From the IMG/VR virus record IMGVR_UViG_3300021963_000021, positions 1 to 64,000 of that record: DNA of 64,000 nt; one strand, written 5' to 3'. Shown piece after piece: positions 1-7,469 of the stretch; position 1 is the first letter of the stretch, and every line of letters begins with the position of its first letter. The translations under genes and the position numbers were made by a program. The notes beneath the pieces are model-generated. The model was not told the origin of the DNA. It searched no databases and saw only the letters and a program-made list of their open reading frames with translations.

Positions 1-2
1 AC

Positions 3-182
3 AAACGGGCTTCCACGGCCCGGGCTGCTGTGACTCGATACCGGAACGAACTGGAGAAAGGATATCGAAGCTATCCTAGGATCCTGGGCTGCTGCTCATA
101 TCAAGACTTCGAAGGGATCCTGATGGGGCTCAGAGGAGATGCCCTGAAGATGTGGCAATTTTGCCACAGTAAAACGGGTTGA
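3..182 (+). CDS. partial early hypothetical protein (5' end outside window)
   Basis: Frame 3 is open from the window edge to TGA at 180-182, which lies inside the next -35 box (ggtTGAca). Confidence 0.55.
   Translation, partial: KRASTARAAVTRYRNELEKGYRSYPRILGCCSYQDFEGILMGLRGDALKMWQFCHSKTG
151..168. promoter_or_regulatory. 18-bp palindromic operator-like site TGTGGCAATTTTGCCACA
   Basis: Perfect 8-bp inverted repeat 10 bp upstream of a -35 box; related copies at 1391-1408 and 2128-2145. Confidence 0.6.
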
Positions 183-207
183 CAGCAGCCCAAAACGATC
201 GTACAAT
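179..207 (+). promoter_or_regulatory. sigma70-type early promoter
   Basis: TTGACA-17bp-TACAAT, followed by AGGAGCGAAC and ATG at 235. Confidence 0.85.
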
Positions 208-234
208 ACGAACACTGAAACACTAGGAGCGAAC

Positions 235-528
235 ATGACCTTTGACACACTGAAATCGGGCCCGATCCAAGCTACCGAGGACCTCGATCACTTGATCAAC
301 CAATTGGCCTTCCAGGTACGCAGCACACGCAGCGAGTATGGGTTGACACAGAAGCAGGCGCAAGAGATCTACAATCGATTCAACAGAATCGTAGCGGCCT
401 ATCCCGAGATCCACGGTCGGGTCAGGGAGGCCTGCGACACGGACGATCGCTTCTGGCAACAGCCCGCAGACACACAGCTAAAGTACCTAGACAGCGCAGG
501 GTTATTGGTTGACACTTTGGGCGTTTGA
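235..528 (+). CDS. early hypothetical protein
   Basis: 97-aa ORF with own promoter and AGGAG RBS. Confidence 0.8.
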   Translation: MTFDTLKSGPIQATEDLDHLINQLAFQVRSTRSEYGLTQKQAQEIYNRFNRIVAAYPEIHGRVREACDTDDRFWQQPADTQLKYLDSAGLLVDTLGV

Positions 529-537
529 GCTTATACT
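509..537 (+). promoter_or_regulatory. sigma70-type early promoter
   Basis: TTGACA-17bp-TATACT overlapping the 3' end of the previous ORF. Confidence 0.85.
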
Positions 538-561
538 AGCAGCAACAGTTAGGGAGCAGGG

Positions 562-702
562 ATGGAATACACAGTCTTATACCCAAATGGGCGCCAGCAA
601 CAGTTCTACATCAGATCAGTGGCTGACATGTACGCAGCACTGGGTGGGGGACGTGTTGTAGGACGGCCACACTTGATTTTGGTTGACAAACGGGCAGCTT
701 GA
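562..702 (+). CDS. 46-aa early protein (absent from ORF track): MEYTVLYPNGRQQQFYIRSVADMYAALGGGRVVGRPHLILVDKRAA
   Basis: Translated by hand; preceded by a promoter and GGGAG RBS; fills the gap in the cassette array. Confidence 0.7.
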   Translation: MEYTVLYPNGRQQQFYIRSVADMYAALGGGRVVGRPHLILVDKRAA

Positions 703-711
703 TCATATAAT
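683..711 (+). promoter_or_regulatory. sigma70-type early promoter
   Basis: TTGACA-17bp-TATAAT, perfect consensus. Confidence 0.9.
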
Positions 712-738
712 ACACACACTGAAACAAAGGAGCGAACA

Positions 739-945
739 ATGACAATCACAGTAGCAGAAATGATCCGGGCCCTAAGCGAGTTGCCCCCAGAGGCTGAGTT
801 GGTGGTCACTGAGAGTGGCTACTACAGCTACTCAGAGTTTGCTGAGATCATGCTGCCCGAAGCCTACACTGTGGAAAGCACAGAAGAAGGCCGCACACAG
901 GGCACACAGGTCTACCGTATCGGTCACAGCCACCAAAGCTATTGA
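739..945 (+). CDS. early hypothetical protein
   Basis: 68-aa ORF, AAGGAGCGAAC leader. Confidence 0.8.
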   Translation: MTITVAEMIRALSELPPEAELVVTESGYYSYSEFAEIMLPEAYTVESTEEGRTQGTQVYRIGHSHQSY

Positions 946-949
946 GTGG

Positions 950-978
950 TTGACCGTTTGGCTAAACGGCCGTATAAT
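950..978 (+). promoter_or_regulatory. sigma70-type early promoter
   Basis: TTGACC-17bp-TATAAT. Confidence 0.85.
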
Positions 979-1007
979 ACACACACTAACACAGCAAGGA
1001 GCGAACC

Positions 1008-1214
1008 ATGAAGAACCCAATACAGAAAAACGGCTTTTTTGCCACTCCAGATAGCATGCAGGCCCTGGAAGATCAGATCATGGCATTCACTGGTCAGGAA
1101 CGTATGGTAGCAATGACCGCAGCACTGATGGCTCTGAACTTGGCCAGCAAAATGGTTGACGAAGCTATCCAAAACCAGTATAATACCAGCACAGACAACA
1201 CACAAGGAGCCTAA
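1008..1214 (+). CDS. early hypothetical protein
   Basis: 68-aa ORF, AAGGAGCGAAC leader. Confidence 0.8.
   Translation: MKNPIQKNGFFATPDSMQALEDQIMAFTGQERMVAMTAALMALNLASKMVDEAIQNQYNTSTDNTQGA
1156..1184 (+). promoter_or_regulatory. sigma70-type early promoter
   Basis: TTGACG-17bp-TATAAT inside the previous ORF. Confidence 0.8.
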
Positions 1215-1215
1215 C

Positions 1216-1398
1216 ATGTCAGAACGTTCAGCCGTGTTTCTCTTGGTCACGGGCATACTGGTAACAGCATTCGGCGTAGGCGGCATTGAGTCTAGCTTAG
1301 ATAATCAAGGACTGTTAGCTGGGGTAGCTGTGAGCACTGTGGGCCTACTGATCATGTGGTCGGGCACACTGGGATTGCGCAACAGGGATCTGTTGTAA
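1216..1398 (+). CDS. small two-TM membrane protein (60 aa)
   Basis: ATG 1216 after AAGGAG; two hydrophobic stretches. Confidence 0.75.
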   Translation: MSERSAVFLLVTGILVTAFGVGGIESSLDNQGLLAGVAVSTVGLLIMWSGTLGLRNRDLL

Positions 1399-1408
1399 AA
1401 ATACAACA
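1391..1408. promoter_or_regulatory. 18-bp palindromic operator-like site TGTTGTAAAAATACAACA
   Basis: 7-bp inverted repeat 9 bp upstream of the -35 at 1418. Confidence 0.6.
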
Positions 1409-1417
1409 ACAAATTGG

Positions 1418-1446
1418 TTGACAGGGTGCCTGTTTGAGCTTATAAT
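1418..1446 (+). promoter_or_regulatory. sigma70-type early promoter
   Basis: TTGACA-17bp-TATAAT, perfect consensus. Confidence 0.9.
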
Positions 1447-1476
1447 ATACGCATACTTAGACGTAAGGAGCGAACT

Positions 1477-1791
1477 ATGAAGCTGGAGAACCGCAGGCAC
1501 ATCGTGTATGCTATCAACATAGCGGGTGCTCAGTACATAGGCTGTACCAATGTAGACGCCAAGCTGGGAGTAGCTGGTAGCCTACGTCGACGCATAGCCA
1601 AGCACTGGTATAGACTCAAGGACGACAAGCGCCGCAAGTGGGCTCTGTATCAGGCATTGGCCACACTGCCCAGCAAGGATGCGGTACCAGCAGAAGTCAT
1701 AGTGGTAGCCGCTAGCAAAGCAGAGGGCCATGCTGAAGAGCAAAGGCTAATTAAGTTATTGGATCCCAAATTGAATTCAGACAAGGACTGA
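1477..1791 (+). CDS. GIY-YIG nuclease family protein
   Basis: IVY...YIG motif, conserved Arg helix, Glu and C-terminal LN. Confidence 0.7.
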   Translation: MKLENRRHIVYAINIAGAQYIGCTNVDAKLGVAGSLRRRIAKHWYRLKDDKRRKWALYQALATLPSKDAVPAEVIVVAASKAEGHAEEQRLIKLLDPKLNSDKD

Positions 1792-1792
1792 T

Positions 1793-2068
1793 ATGAATGA
1801 CAAAGACTACACCGAGTACGACAATCAAGAAGAAGCAGAGATAGCACAGATAGCTAACTTGAATGCCAACACTGCTGCTATCAACGCAGCACGTGCACAG
1901 CTGGCTAAGCAAGCTGAGCAGCCTAGCGCAGAAGAGTGCGAGGACTGCGGCGAAGACATCCCCAAGGCACGTCGAGAGATGATCTTAGGCGTACAACGCT
2001 GCGTCTCATGCCAGGATATCTGGGAACGACGCCGAAGGATGTATGGCACTGGACCTCAAGACGAGTGA
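1793..2068 (+). CDS. TraR/DksA C4-type zinc finger protein
   Basis: CEDCGEDIPKARR...GVQRCVSCQ signature. Confidence 0.85.
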   Translation: MNDKDYTEYDNQEEAEIAQIANLNANTAAINAARAQLAKQAEQPSAEECEDCGEDIPKARREMILGVQRCVSCQDIWERRRRMYGTGPQDE

Positions 2069-2127
2069 TGGTGGTGATGGTGGTGGTCAGCCATCGATAG
2101 GGGTGGGGGGCATAGTGTATATGCTAG

Positions 2128-2145
2128 TGTTGCTATTTTACAACA
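2128..2145. promoter_or_regulatory. third 18-bp palindrome TGTTGCTATTTTACAACA
   Basis: Same TGT(T/G)G-N8-C(A/C)ACA pattern as 151-168 and 1391-1408. Confidence 0.5.
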
Positions 2146-2251
2146 GGTATGGGTACAGAATCACCACCTTGAAAAGAAAAGTACTCCACCACAATTTTTT
2201 GCGCAGCTGGTTTTTTTCCCTGTAGACCCATTTCGGGCTATATACTAGCTT

Positions 2252-2326
2252 ATGTACGCACCAATAGAATACGATCTTATTTTAGTAGAAATCTTACTAG
2301 AACTGTTATCACAAGGTAAATTATGA
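2252..2326 (+). CDS. putative 24-aa micro-ORF MYAPIEYDLILVEILLELLSQGKL
   Basis: ATG 5 nt after TATACT (2241-2246); ATGA overlap with the next micro-ORF. Confidence 0.35.
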   Translation: MYAPIEYDLILVEILLELLSQGKL

Positions 2327-2394
2327 TCCGTCCCGCATATGTGGTTGTAGCTGTAATGCTTGTAGCGTTTATAGCCATACATCTATATCTATAA
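2323..2394 (+). CDS. putative 23-aa hydrophobic peptide MIRPAYVVVAVMLVAFIAIHLYL
   Basis: ATGA-coupled to the previous ORF; single TM-like helix. Confidence 0.35.
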   Translation: MIRPAYVVVAVMLVAFIAIHLYL

Positions 2395-2619
2395 GTAGCT
2401 CTTAGCAGTCAGTATCTTTAGATTACTGTCTGTGAGCATGACCAAGGCTATCAGCTCTTTAGGCACGTAAAAGTCAACGCAGCCTAGCATTCCACTATGC
2501 GCAGCACCACCTTTTGACTGTATCAAACTCCATAGATACTCTGGATCCACTGAGCAGTAGTATGGATCATAGTGTACACAATATAGTGTGATTGGTAGTG
2601 TATATGTCGACGGCCCCAT
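2389..2619 (-). CDS. hypothetical protein
   Basis: 76-aa ORF with TTGACA-17bp-TATAGT promoter (2653-2625) 5 nt before ATG. Confidence 0.65.
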   Translation of the reverse strand: MGPSTYTLPITLYCVHYDPYYCSVDPEYLWSLIQSKGGAAHSGMLGCVDFYVPKELIALVMLTDSNLKILTAKSYL

Positions 2620-2767
2620 CGCTTACTATATAGCACTGTAGATCGACTGTCAAGAGATCCCACGGGGCCAAGAGGAGAAATTTTGCTAACCGTTTTGCAG
2701 CTTGCGCTGCGCTTCGCTAGCTAAAAACCGCTTGCACCGCTTCGCGGATATCTACTTTAGCGGGTCG

Positions 2768-3307
2768 TCAAGTCCAGAGATCAAAGTTGACCAAACACCT
2801 AGGGCCTGTTGTACTAGGGCTACCTGCGTGTAGGATCTTGCCGTCAAACATGACTACACGGCCTTTTTTGGGTGTAACACGTTTGACTATCTGCCTATTG
2901 TTGTCAAAGAACACAGTGTCTCCATCTGCGTCATTGACATAGTAAATGACCACTGTGTGTGCGCCTGGCAGATCCTGATGCGGGTGGAAATGCGTTAGTG
3001 TAGTTGCTGTGGGCGTGGCAATGAATATACGTGCTACTATGATGTCTTTCAGTGTGAGATTGCTCTGTGCGCAGGCTGCTTGTGCTATCATGCCAAAGTT
3101 AGCTAATTCTCTGCTCTGCGCAGTGTTGCTTTTTAATATGTGTACAAAACTCAAAGGTGAATATTCTGGGGTTTCAGCAGTGGGCTCCCATTGGCAACGG
3201 AACTCCACTGTGGGATGTATGAACTCATCACTGCTGCGGCCCAAGCAGATCAGCTCAAAGTAATCCTGTAGATATCCAGGTATTAGATCATCCCAGACTG
3301 TGATCAT
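2768..3307 (-). CDS. 2OG-Fe(II) oxygenase
   Basis: HxD (HQD), YYVNDADGDT, distal His (LHAG) and Arg (PRCLVN). Confidence 0.85.
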   Translation of the reverse strand: MITVWDDLIPGYLQDYFELICLGRSSDEFIHPTVEFRCQWEPTAETPEYSPLSFVHILKSNTAQSRELANFGMIAQAACAQSNLTLKDIIVARIFIATPTATTLTHFHPHQDLPGAHTVVIYYVNDADGDTVFFDNNRQIVKRVTPKKGRVVMFDGKILHAGSPSTTGPRCLVNFDLWT

Positions 3308-3894
3308 TAGGCAATCACTACAGTGTCAGCTACAGCCACTTCTTCAGCAAATAGGCCGTCGTAGTAAATGCGCATGTCTATGGTGTGTCCTGAGACCGCA
3401 GCAGCATCTAGGGTTTTGGTTATCACAGCTTGATTTTCGTTGACTGTGACACCTGCGCTGAGATCGTTGTCAGTGAAGTCTCCGCTGACCACAGTGCCGT
3501 CTGCCACATAGTAGATCACATCACCGTTGGCCACGCCCTGTGTGGTAATGGTCCAGGTAATGGTGTCTCCCACAGCAGCTGAACTGACATCTGCGGCGAT
3601 TTCGTAGCCCTGCCAACTGATCAGGATGTTTTCGTCAGCACCGCCCGTGGCGTAGAAACCCAAATCTATGCCCGCAGTGCCTGGTGCTGAACCATCATAG
3701 ACACGATATTCTTTGCGGCGCAGCCAGGCTTCTATGGTGTCTCGAGTTTCCACAGTTATGGTAACTTCTTTGGTAAACTTGCGATCTTTAGCTCGTTGAT
3801 CTATTAGGTTTAGTATTAGTCCGTAACGCTCGTCTAGTTCAGCGTCATCGAATTCCGAAGCAGCTTTGGCTCTGCTCTGTGCGGCTGTGCTCAT
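3307..3894 (-). CDS. putative virion protein with C-terminal Ig/Calx-beta-like domain
   Basis: Beta-rich Thr/Val/Asp C-terminal half; TAAATA late box at 3926-3931. Confidence 0.5.
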   Translation of the reverse strand: MSTAAQSRAKAASEFDDAELDERYGLILNLIDQRAKDRKFTKEVTITVETRDTIEAWLRRKEYRVYDGSAPGTAGIDLGFYATGGADENILISWQGYEIAADVSSAAVGDTITWTITTQGVANGDVIYYVADGTVVSGDFTDNDLSAGVTVNENQAVITKTLDAAAVSGHTIDMRIYYDGLFAEEVAVADTVVIA

Positions 3895-3941
3895 GTGTCT
3901 TTTCCTTAAGGCAAATTGATGGAAATATTTAGTGCCTGATC

Positions 3942-3970
3942 TTGACAGGCGTTGCTAAAAGTGGTATAAT
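3942..3970 (+). promoter_or_regulatory. sigma70-type promoter
   Basis: TTGACA-17bp-TATAAT, perfect consensus. Confidence 0.9.
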
Positions 3971-4002
3971 TAAACATGTAATAACTCTTCTAGGAGAACC
4001 TA

Positions 4003-4689
4003 ATGTTTTACAATGACAGTATTGGAACTTATAAAACTGCTGAGCAGATCAACTCAGCGATGATGCGTGTGTACAATCACATGTGCCTAGCAGTCTGTAC
4101 TTCGGCTGCGGTTGCTGGACTCACAGCCTCCAGCACTGCTCTAATGGCAGTTCTGTTTGGCACAGCTCTAAAGTGGGTCATCATCTTTGCTCCCTTGGTA
4201 GCTATCTTTGCCTTTGCTTGGGCAGCAGATCGTTTGGACCGAACGGGGTTGATCCTATTCCTACACGGTTTTGCTGCGCTGATGGGTCTTAGTATGAGCA
4301 CCATATTTGTGGTCTTTACCATGGGCAGTATCTTTTCAGCATTCATGGGTGCCGCAATCTTGTTTGCTGTGCTCAGTGGCTATGGATACTTTACCAAACG
4401 CAGTCTAGATGGTCTTGGGCAGTTTATGTTTATTGGTTTGATCGCTATCGTTATAGCATCAGTCATTAACATTTTCATAGGCAGCACTGTGATGGCCACA
4501 GTGATTTCAGCATTGGCTATCATCATCTTCTTGGGCTTGACGGCCTATGACACACAGAAGATCCGTGAGATCATCTCAGTGGGCGGTGATACAGGACGTG
4601 AAGAAGTCATTGGCGCACTGACGCTGTACTTGGACTTTATCAACCTGTTTATGAACCTACTACAGTTGATTGGCGTTAAACGTGATTGA
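4003..4689 (+). CDS. Bax inhibitor-1/YccA family 7-TM protein
   Basis: Seven hydrophobic helices; TAYDTQKI and ALTLYLDFINLF motifs. Confidence 0.9.
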   Translation: MFYNDSIGTYKTAEQINSAMMRVYNHMCLAVCTSAAVAGLTASSTALMAVLFGTALKWVIIFAPLVAIFAFAWAADRLDRTGLILFLHGFAALMGLSMSTIFVVFTMGSIFSAFMGAAILFAVLSGYGYFTKRSLDGLGQFMFIGLIAIVIASVINIFIGSTVMATVISALAIIIFLGLTAYDTQKIREIISVGGDTGREEVIGALTLYLDFINLFMNLLQLIGVKRD

Positions 4690-4701
4690 TTGATCAGTGA
4701 C

Positions 4702-4729
4702 AAAAAAGCCCGCTTCGGCGGGCTTTTTT
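4702..4729. terminator. bidirectional intrinsic terminator
   Basis: AAAAAAGCCCGC-TTCG-GCGGGCTTTTTT between convergent genes. Confidence 0.9.
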
Positions 4730-5405
4730 ATTGGTCTATACTAAGCTCTTGATCCTGTAGCCTACGTATGCGATCTGCCATTTTATCTATAAGCCCTACA
4801 CGGCGTAGCTGCTTGAATACTAGATTTTCCACTGACCATTCTCCGGCACGAGCCAGTCCTGATTTGCGCATCTGTGTGATCTTGGTTTTCACACGTTCTA
4901 GACGATCTAGTTCGTTAGAGTCCAGTGCTTCGCCTATACCCCAGGCTAGACTCTGATACTTGGCACTCACAGCACGATCGTCTATCTTGGGTTTGGTCTT
5001 TGTGGGCACTGTGAGCCATTCATTTTTATTGATGCTGTATATGCCTGTTGAGTGATGTGGCTCATCTTCGCCCTGTACATAACACTCTACCGGTAGTCCG
5101 CGGACAGTGATTTCGTGTTCATCGCTCCACAGGCTCTTTTTAGCTGAATACAGTTCGCGTTCTTCTTCTGTGGGTATACCTGGAACTATTACATGTAGAT
5201 CTAGGTCTGAATACTGATTCCATGTGTAGTTGGCATTTGACCCTGTGACTGTGAGATCTACAACTTCTACCTCTACGCCTAGGAAATCAATGAATGCTTC
5301 TGCGATCTTGTGCAGTGCTTGATCGACATCGGGCTGTAGCTCAGTGCCATTCCAAATTTTTGGATTTAAGGTCTTGTTAACCGTGATTAGATCGCTGGCT
5401 CGCAT
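4728..5405 (-). CDS. Pol-beta superfamily nucleotidyltransferase
   Basis: hG[S]-x-DxD motif (TGSNANYTWNQYSDLDLH) and third acidic residue (PVECY). Confidence 0.75.
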   Translation of the reverse strand: MRASDLITVNKTLNPKIWNGTELQPDVDQALHKIAEAFIDFLGVEVEVVDLTVTGSNANYTWNQYSDLDLHVIVPGIPTEEERELYSAKKSLWSDEHEITVRGLPVECYVQGEDEPHHSTGIYSINKNEWLTVPTKTKPKIDDRAVSAKYQSLAWGIGEALDSNELDRLERVKTKITQMRKSGLARAGEWSVENLVFKQLRRVGLIDKMADRIRRLQDQELSIDQ

Positions 5406-5789
5406 TTAGACTCCGTAGCGATTCTTTCGGGGCTTGGCCACTGGACTGACATTGTTGATGCTGCCTAGTTCGTGACTGTCTAGATCACCGTCGTTGAGAT
5501 CATGCCATGTAGCACCTACAGCTTTATAGGCCAACTTCAACATGTTGACTTCTTCTTGTGTGTAGGGATTGTTAAACTTGTGCTTGCCAATCCAGGATTT
5601 TGGATCTATGTCTGGTTTGGTTTTTCCGTCAGTCATTGCCAGAGCCATGCCTAGTCTAAACATGGTGTAATCTGAATTAGCGTGTTCTGCGTCGGAATAT
5701 AGGTGTGCGCCCACTGTGCTACGCTGCTGACGTTTGGTCAGCTTGGCCTGGGCTACTTCACTTAGAACTGTTATTTCTTTTGCTCGCAT
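5406..5789 (-). CDS. late hypothetical protein, possibly head-internal
   Basis: GATAAATA 4 nt upstream; N-terminus MRAKEITVLSE. Confidence 0.7.
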   Translation of the reverse strand: MRAKEITVLSEVAQAKLTKRQQRSTVGAHLYSDAEHANSDYTMFRLGMALAMTDGKTKPDIDPKSWIGKHKFNNPYTQEEVNMLKLAYKAVGATWHDLNDGDLDSHELGSINNVSPVAKPRKNRYGV

Positions 5790-6049
5790 CCATTATTTAT
5801 CAGCCTAAGGTGTGTGCTGCGATATATGAATTCTTGGTCTACAACATCGTTGAATGTTTCTAAGACCAGCTGATTGATCTTGGTTTTTGGATCTACGTAA
5901 AGATAGCTCTGTGCGAGTTTAGCATCTAGATCTCGTATCCAACGACTGAGATCTAGACCAAGATGCTGTGCTGCTTCAGCCCAGGCTATTTTAAACTCTT
6001 TGCTGGTAGTGTCTGTCCACTGATATAGTATGTGCTTGTTACACTTCAT
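5771..6049 (-). CDS. hypothetical protein
   Basis: 92-aa ORF overlapping helicase stop. Confidence 0.55.
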   Translation of the reverse strand: MKCNKHILYQWTDTTSKEFKIAWAEAAQHLGLDLSRWIRDLDAKLAQSYLYVDPKTKINQLVLETFNDVVDQEFIYRSTHLRLINNGCEQKK

Positions 6050-7469
6050 CGCTAGAACCCAAACCGTTAATAAACTGCCTTAGTTTGGTTGATTCTACGA
6101 TTGCCTTGACTTTGCCTACTTCTACGCCTTTAGTGGGATCCTGTACGACCCCGTCATCATCTACTACTGTGCTGTTACGACTTTTGATTTGAGAAATTAT
6201 GCTTGAACTACGTTGTGAGCCTGCTTCATCTGATTGTTGATCTTCTGGAAGATCTGCGATACGCAATGTATCAATGTTGAAATCTAGATCTAGTTTTTGT
6301 CCAACACCACTGCTACTACGTGTCTTCATTAACTGGATCTGATAACGACCACGTTCACGCATAGCACGGCTTGTAAAGATACCAAACACGTTATCCGCAG
6401 TTTGAATCTTACTTAGACCACCTGAAATGTGACTGTGATCGAATTCTACTTCTTCTACAGCGCCACGATTCAACTGTGCGGCTGTGACCAACAATACCTG
6501 TTTTTCCATAGCCAAGTTACGCAATTCTTCTGACACATACTTGTCTTTGATAAACAGATTTTCTGCGGAGATCTTTTTACCTATGGGCATCAATAAGTCC
6601 AAATAGTCAACTAAAAGTACGTCTACTTTCTTGCCCATTTGTATTTCATATTCTTTTAGATACGCACGAATATCGTTGGTAGTTTTACCCGATGGCATGT
6701 ATTTGACCTGGAACATACCTGACTTCTTGCCTACTAGTTTGACTTTCATTTCAACATCGTCAATGTTCTTAAAAATGTCTTTGGTAGTCACACCTGTAAG
6801 CATCGAGTCAATACGCATAGATACCAGTGCTTCTGAAAGTTCTAATGTAAGGTACACAACATTAAGACCCATCGTAGCCCAGTTAACACCTAGATTGGCT
6901 AAGAACAAAGATTTGCCAGCACCAGATCCACCTGCCCAAATATTCAGTTCGCCTCTGTTCATACCACCAAACAGTTTACGATCCAAAGTACTCCAACCTG
7001 TAGATACCTGCCCGTTCTTGTCTTTGAGTCCCATCAGTCGTGCTCTAGGATCAGCAAAGTAGTTAGTACCCATGTCTCGAGCAAGGCCGATCTGTACAGC
7101 TTCTTTAACCAGTGCTTCTACCTGTCCGTAGTCTTTCTTTTCTAAAAGATCTGCTGATTTAATAATCGCACGTTCTAGACTCTTATGACGAGTAAACTGT
7201 TCAAAGTCATCTAAGAACCAATCCATGTGGCCGTCTTTGAGTTCACCTGGATGTGCTAGTTCAGTCTTACAGGCCGCATTGACCATGTTATATTCTGGCA
7301 GCACAGAATATTGCTCTGCGTATTGATGTACGAACTCTGCTGCTTCTTGTAGTTTGCGATCAAATAATGTGTGATCAAAAATGCCTTGGCAACGCACAAA
7401 TGTTTCTGCGTCAGCTAACATTATTTCAAGATAGAGTTTTTGTACGTCGTAGTCGTATTCTTTTATCAT
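6039..7469 (-). CDS. dnaB: DnaB/gp41-like replicative helicase
   Basis: Walker A GGSGAGKS, Walker B LLVDYLD, TAAQLNR, QLMKTR. Confidence 0.92.
   Translation of the reverse strand: MIKEYDYDVQKLYLEIMLADAETFVRCQGIFDHTLFDRKLQEAAEFVHQYAEQYSVLPEYNMVNAACKTELAHPGELKDGHMDWFLDDFEQFTRHKSLERAIIKSADLLEKKDYGQVEALVKEAVQIGLARDMGTNYFADPRARLMGLKDKNGQVSTGWSTLDRKLFGGMNRGELNIWAGGSGAGKSLFLANLGVNWATMGLNVVYLTLELSEALVSMRIDSMLTGVTTKDIFKNIDDVEMKVKLVGKKSGMFQVKYMPSGKTTNDIRAYLKEYEIQMGKKVDVLLVDYLDLLMPIGKKISAENLFIKDKYVSEELRNLAMEKQVLLVTAAQLNRGAVEEVEFDHSHISGGLSKIQTADNVFGIFTSRAMRERGRYQIQLMKTRSSSGVGQKLDLDFNIDTLRIADLPEDQQSDEAGSQRSSSIISQIKSRNSTVVDDDGVVQDPTKGVEVGKVKAIVESTKLRQFINGLGSSDEV

Noticed and set aside
151-1480. CRISPR array or integron attC array in the repeated early region
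   Set aside because: Repeats are degenerate promoter and RBS elements separated by ORFs of variable length; no constant repeat-spacer period, cas gene or integrase
2068-2090. Chi sites in the GGT repeats
   Set aside because: No exact GCTGGTGG match and the host is unknown
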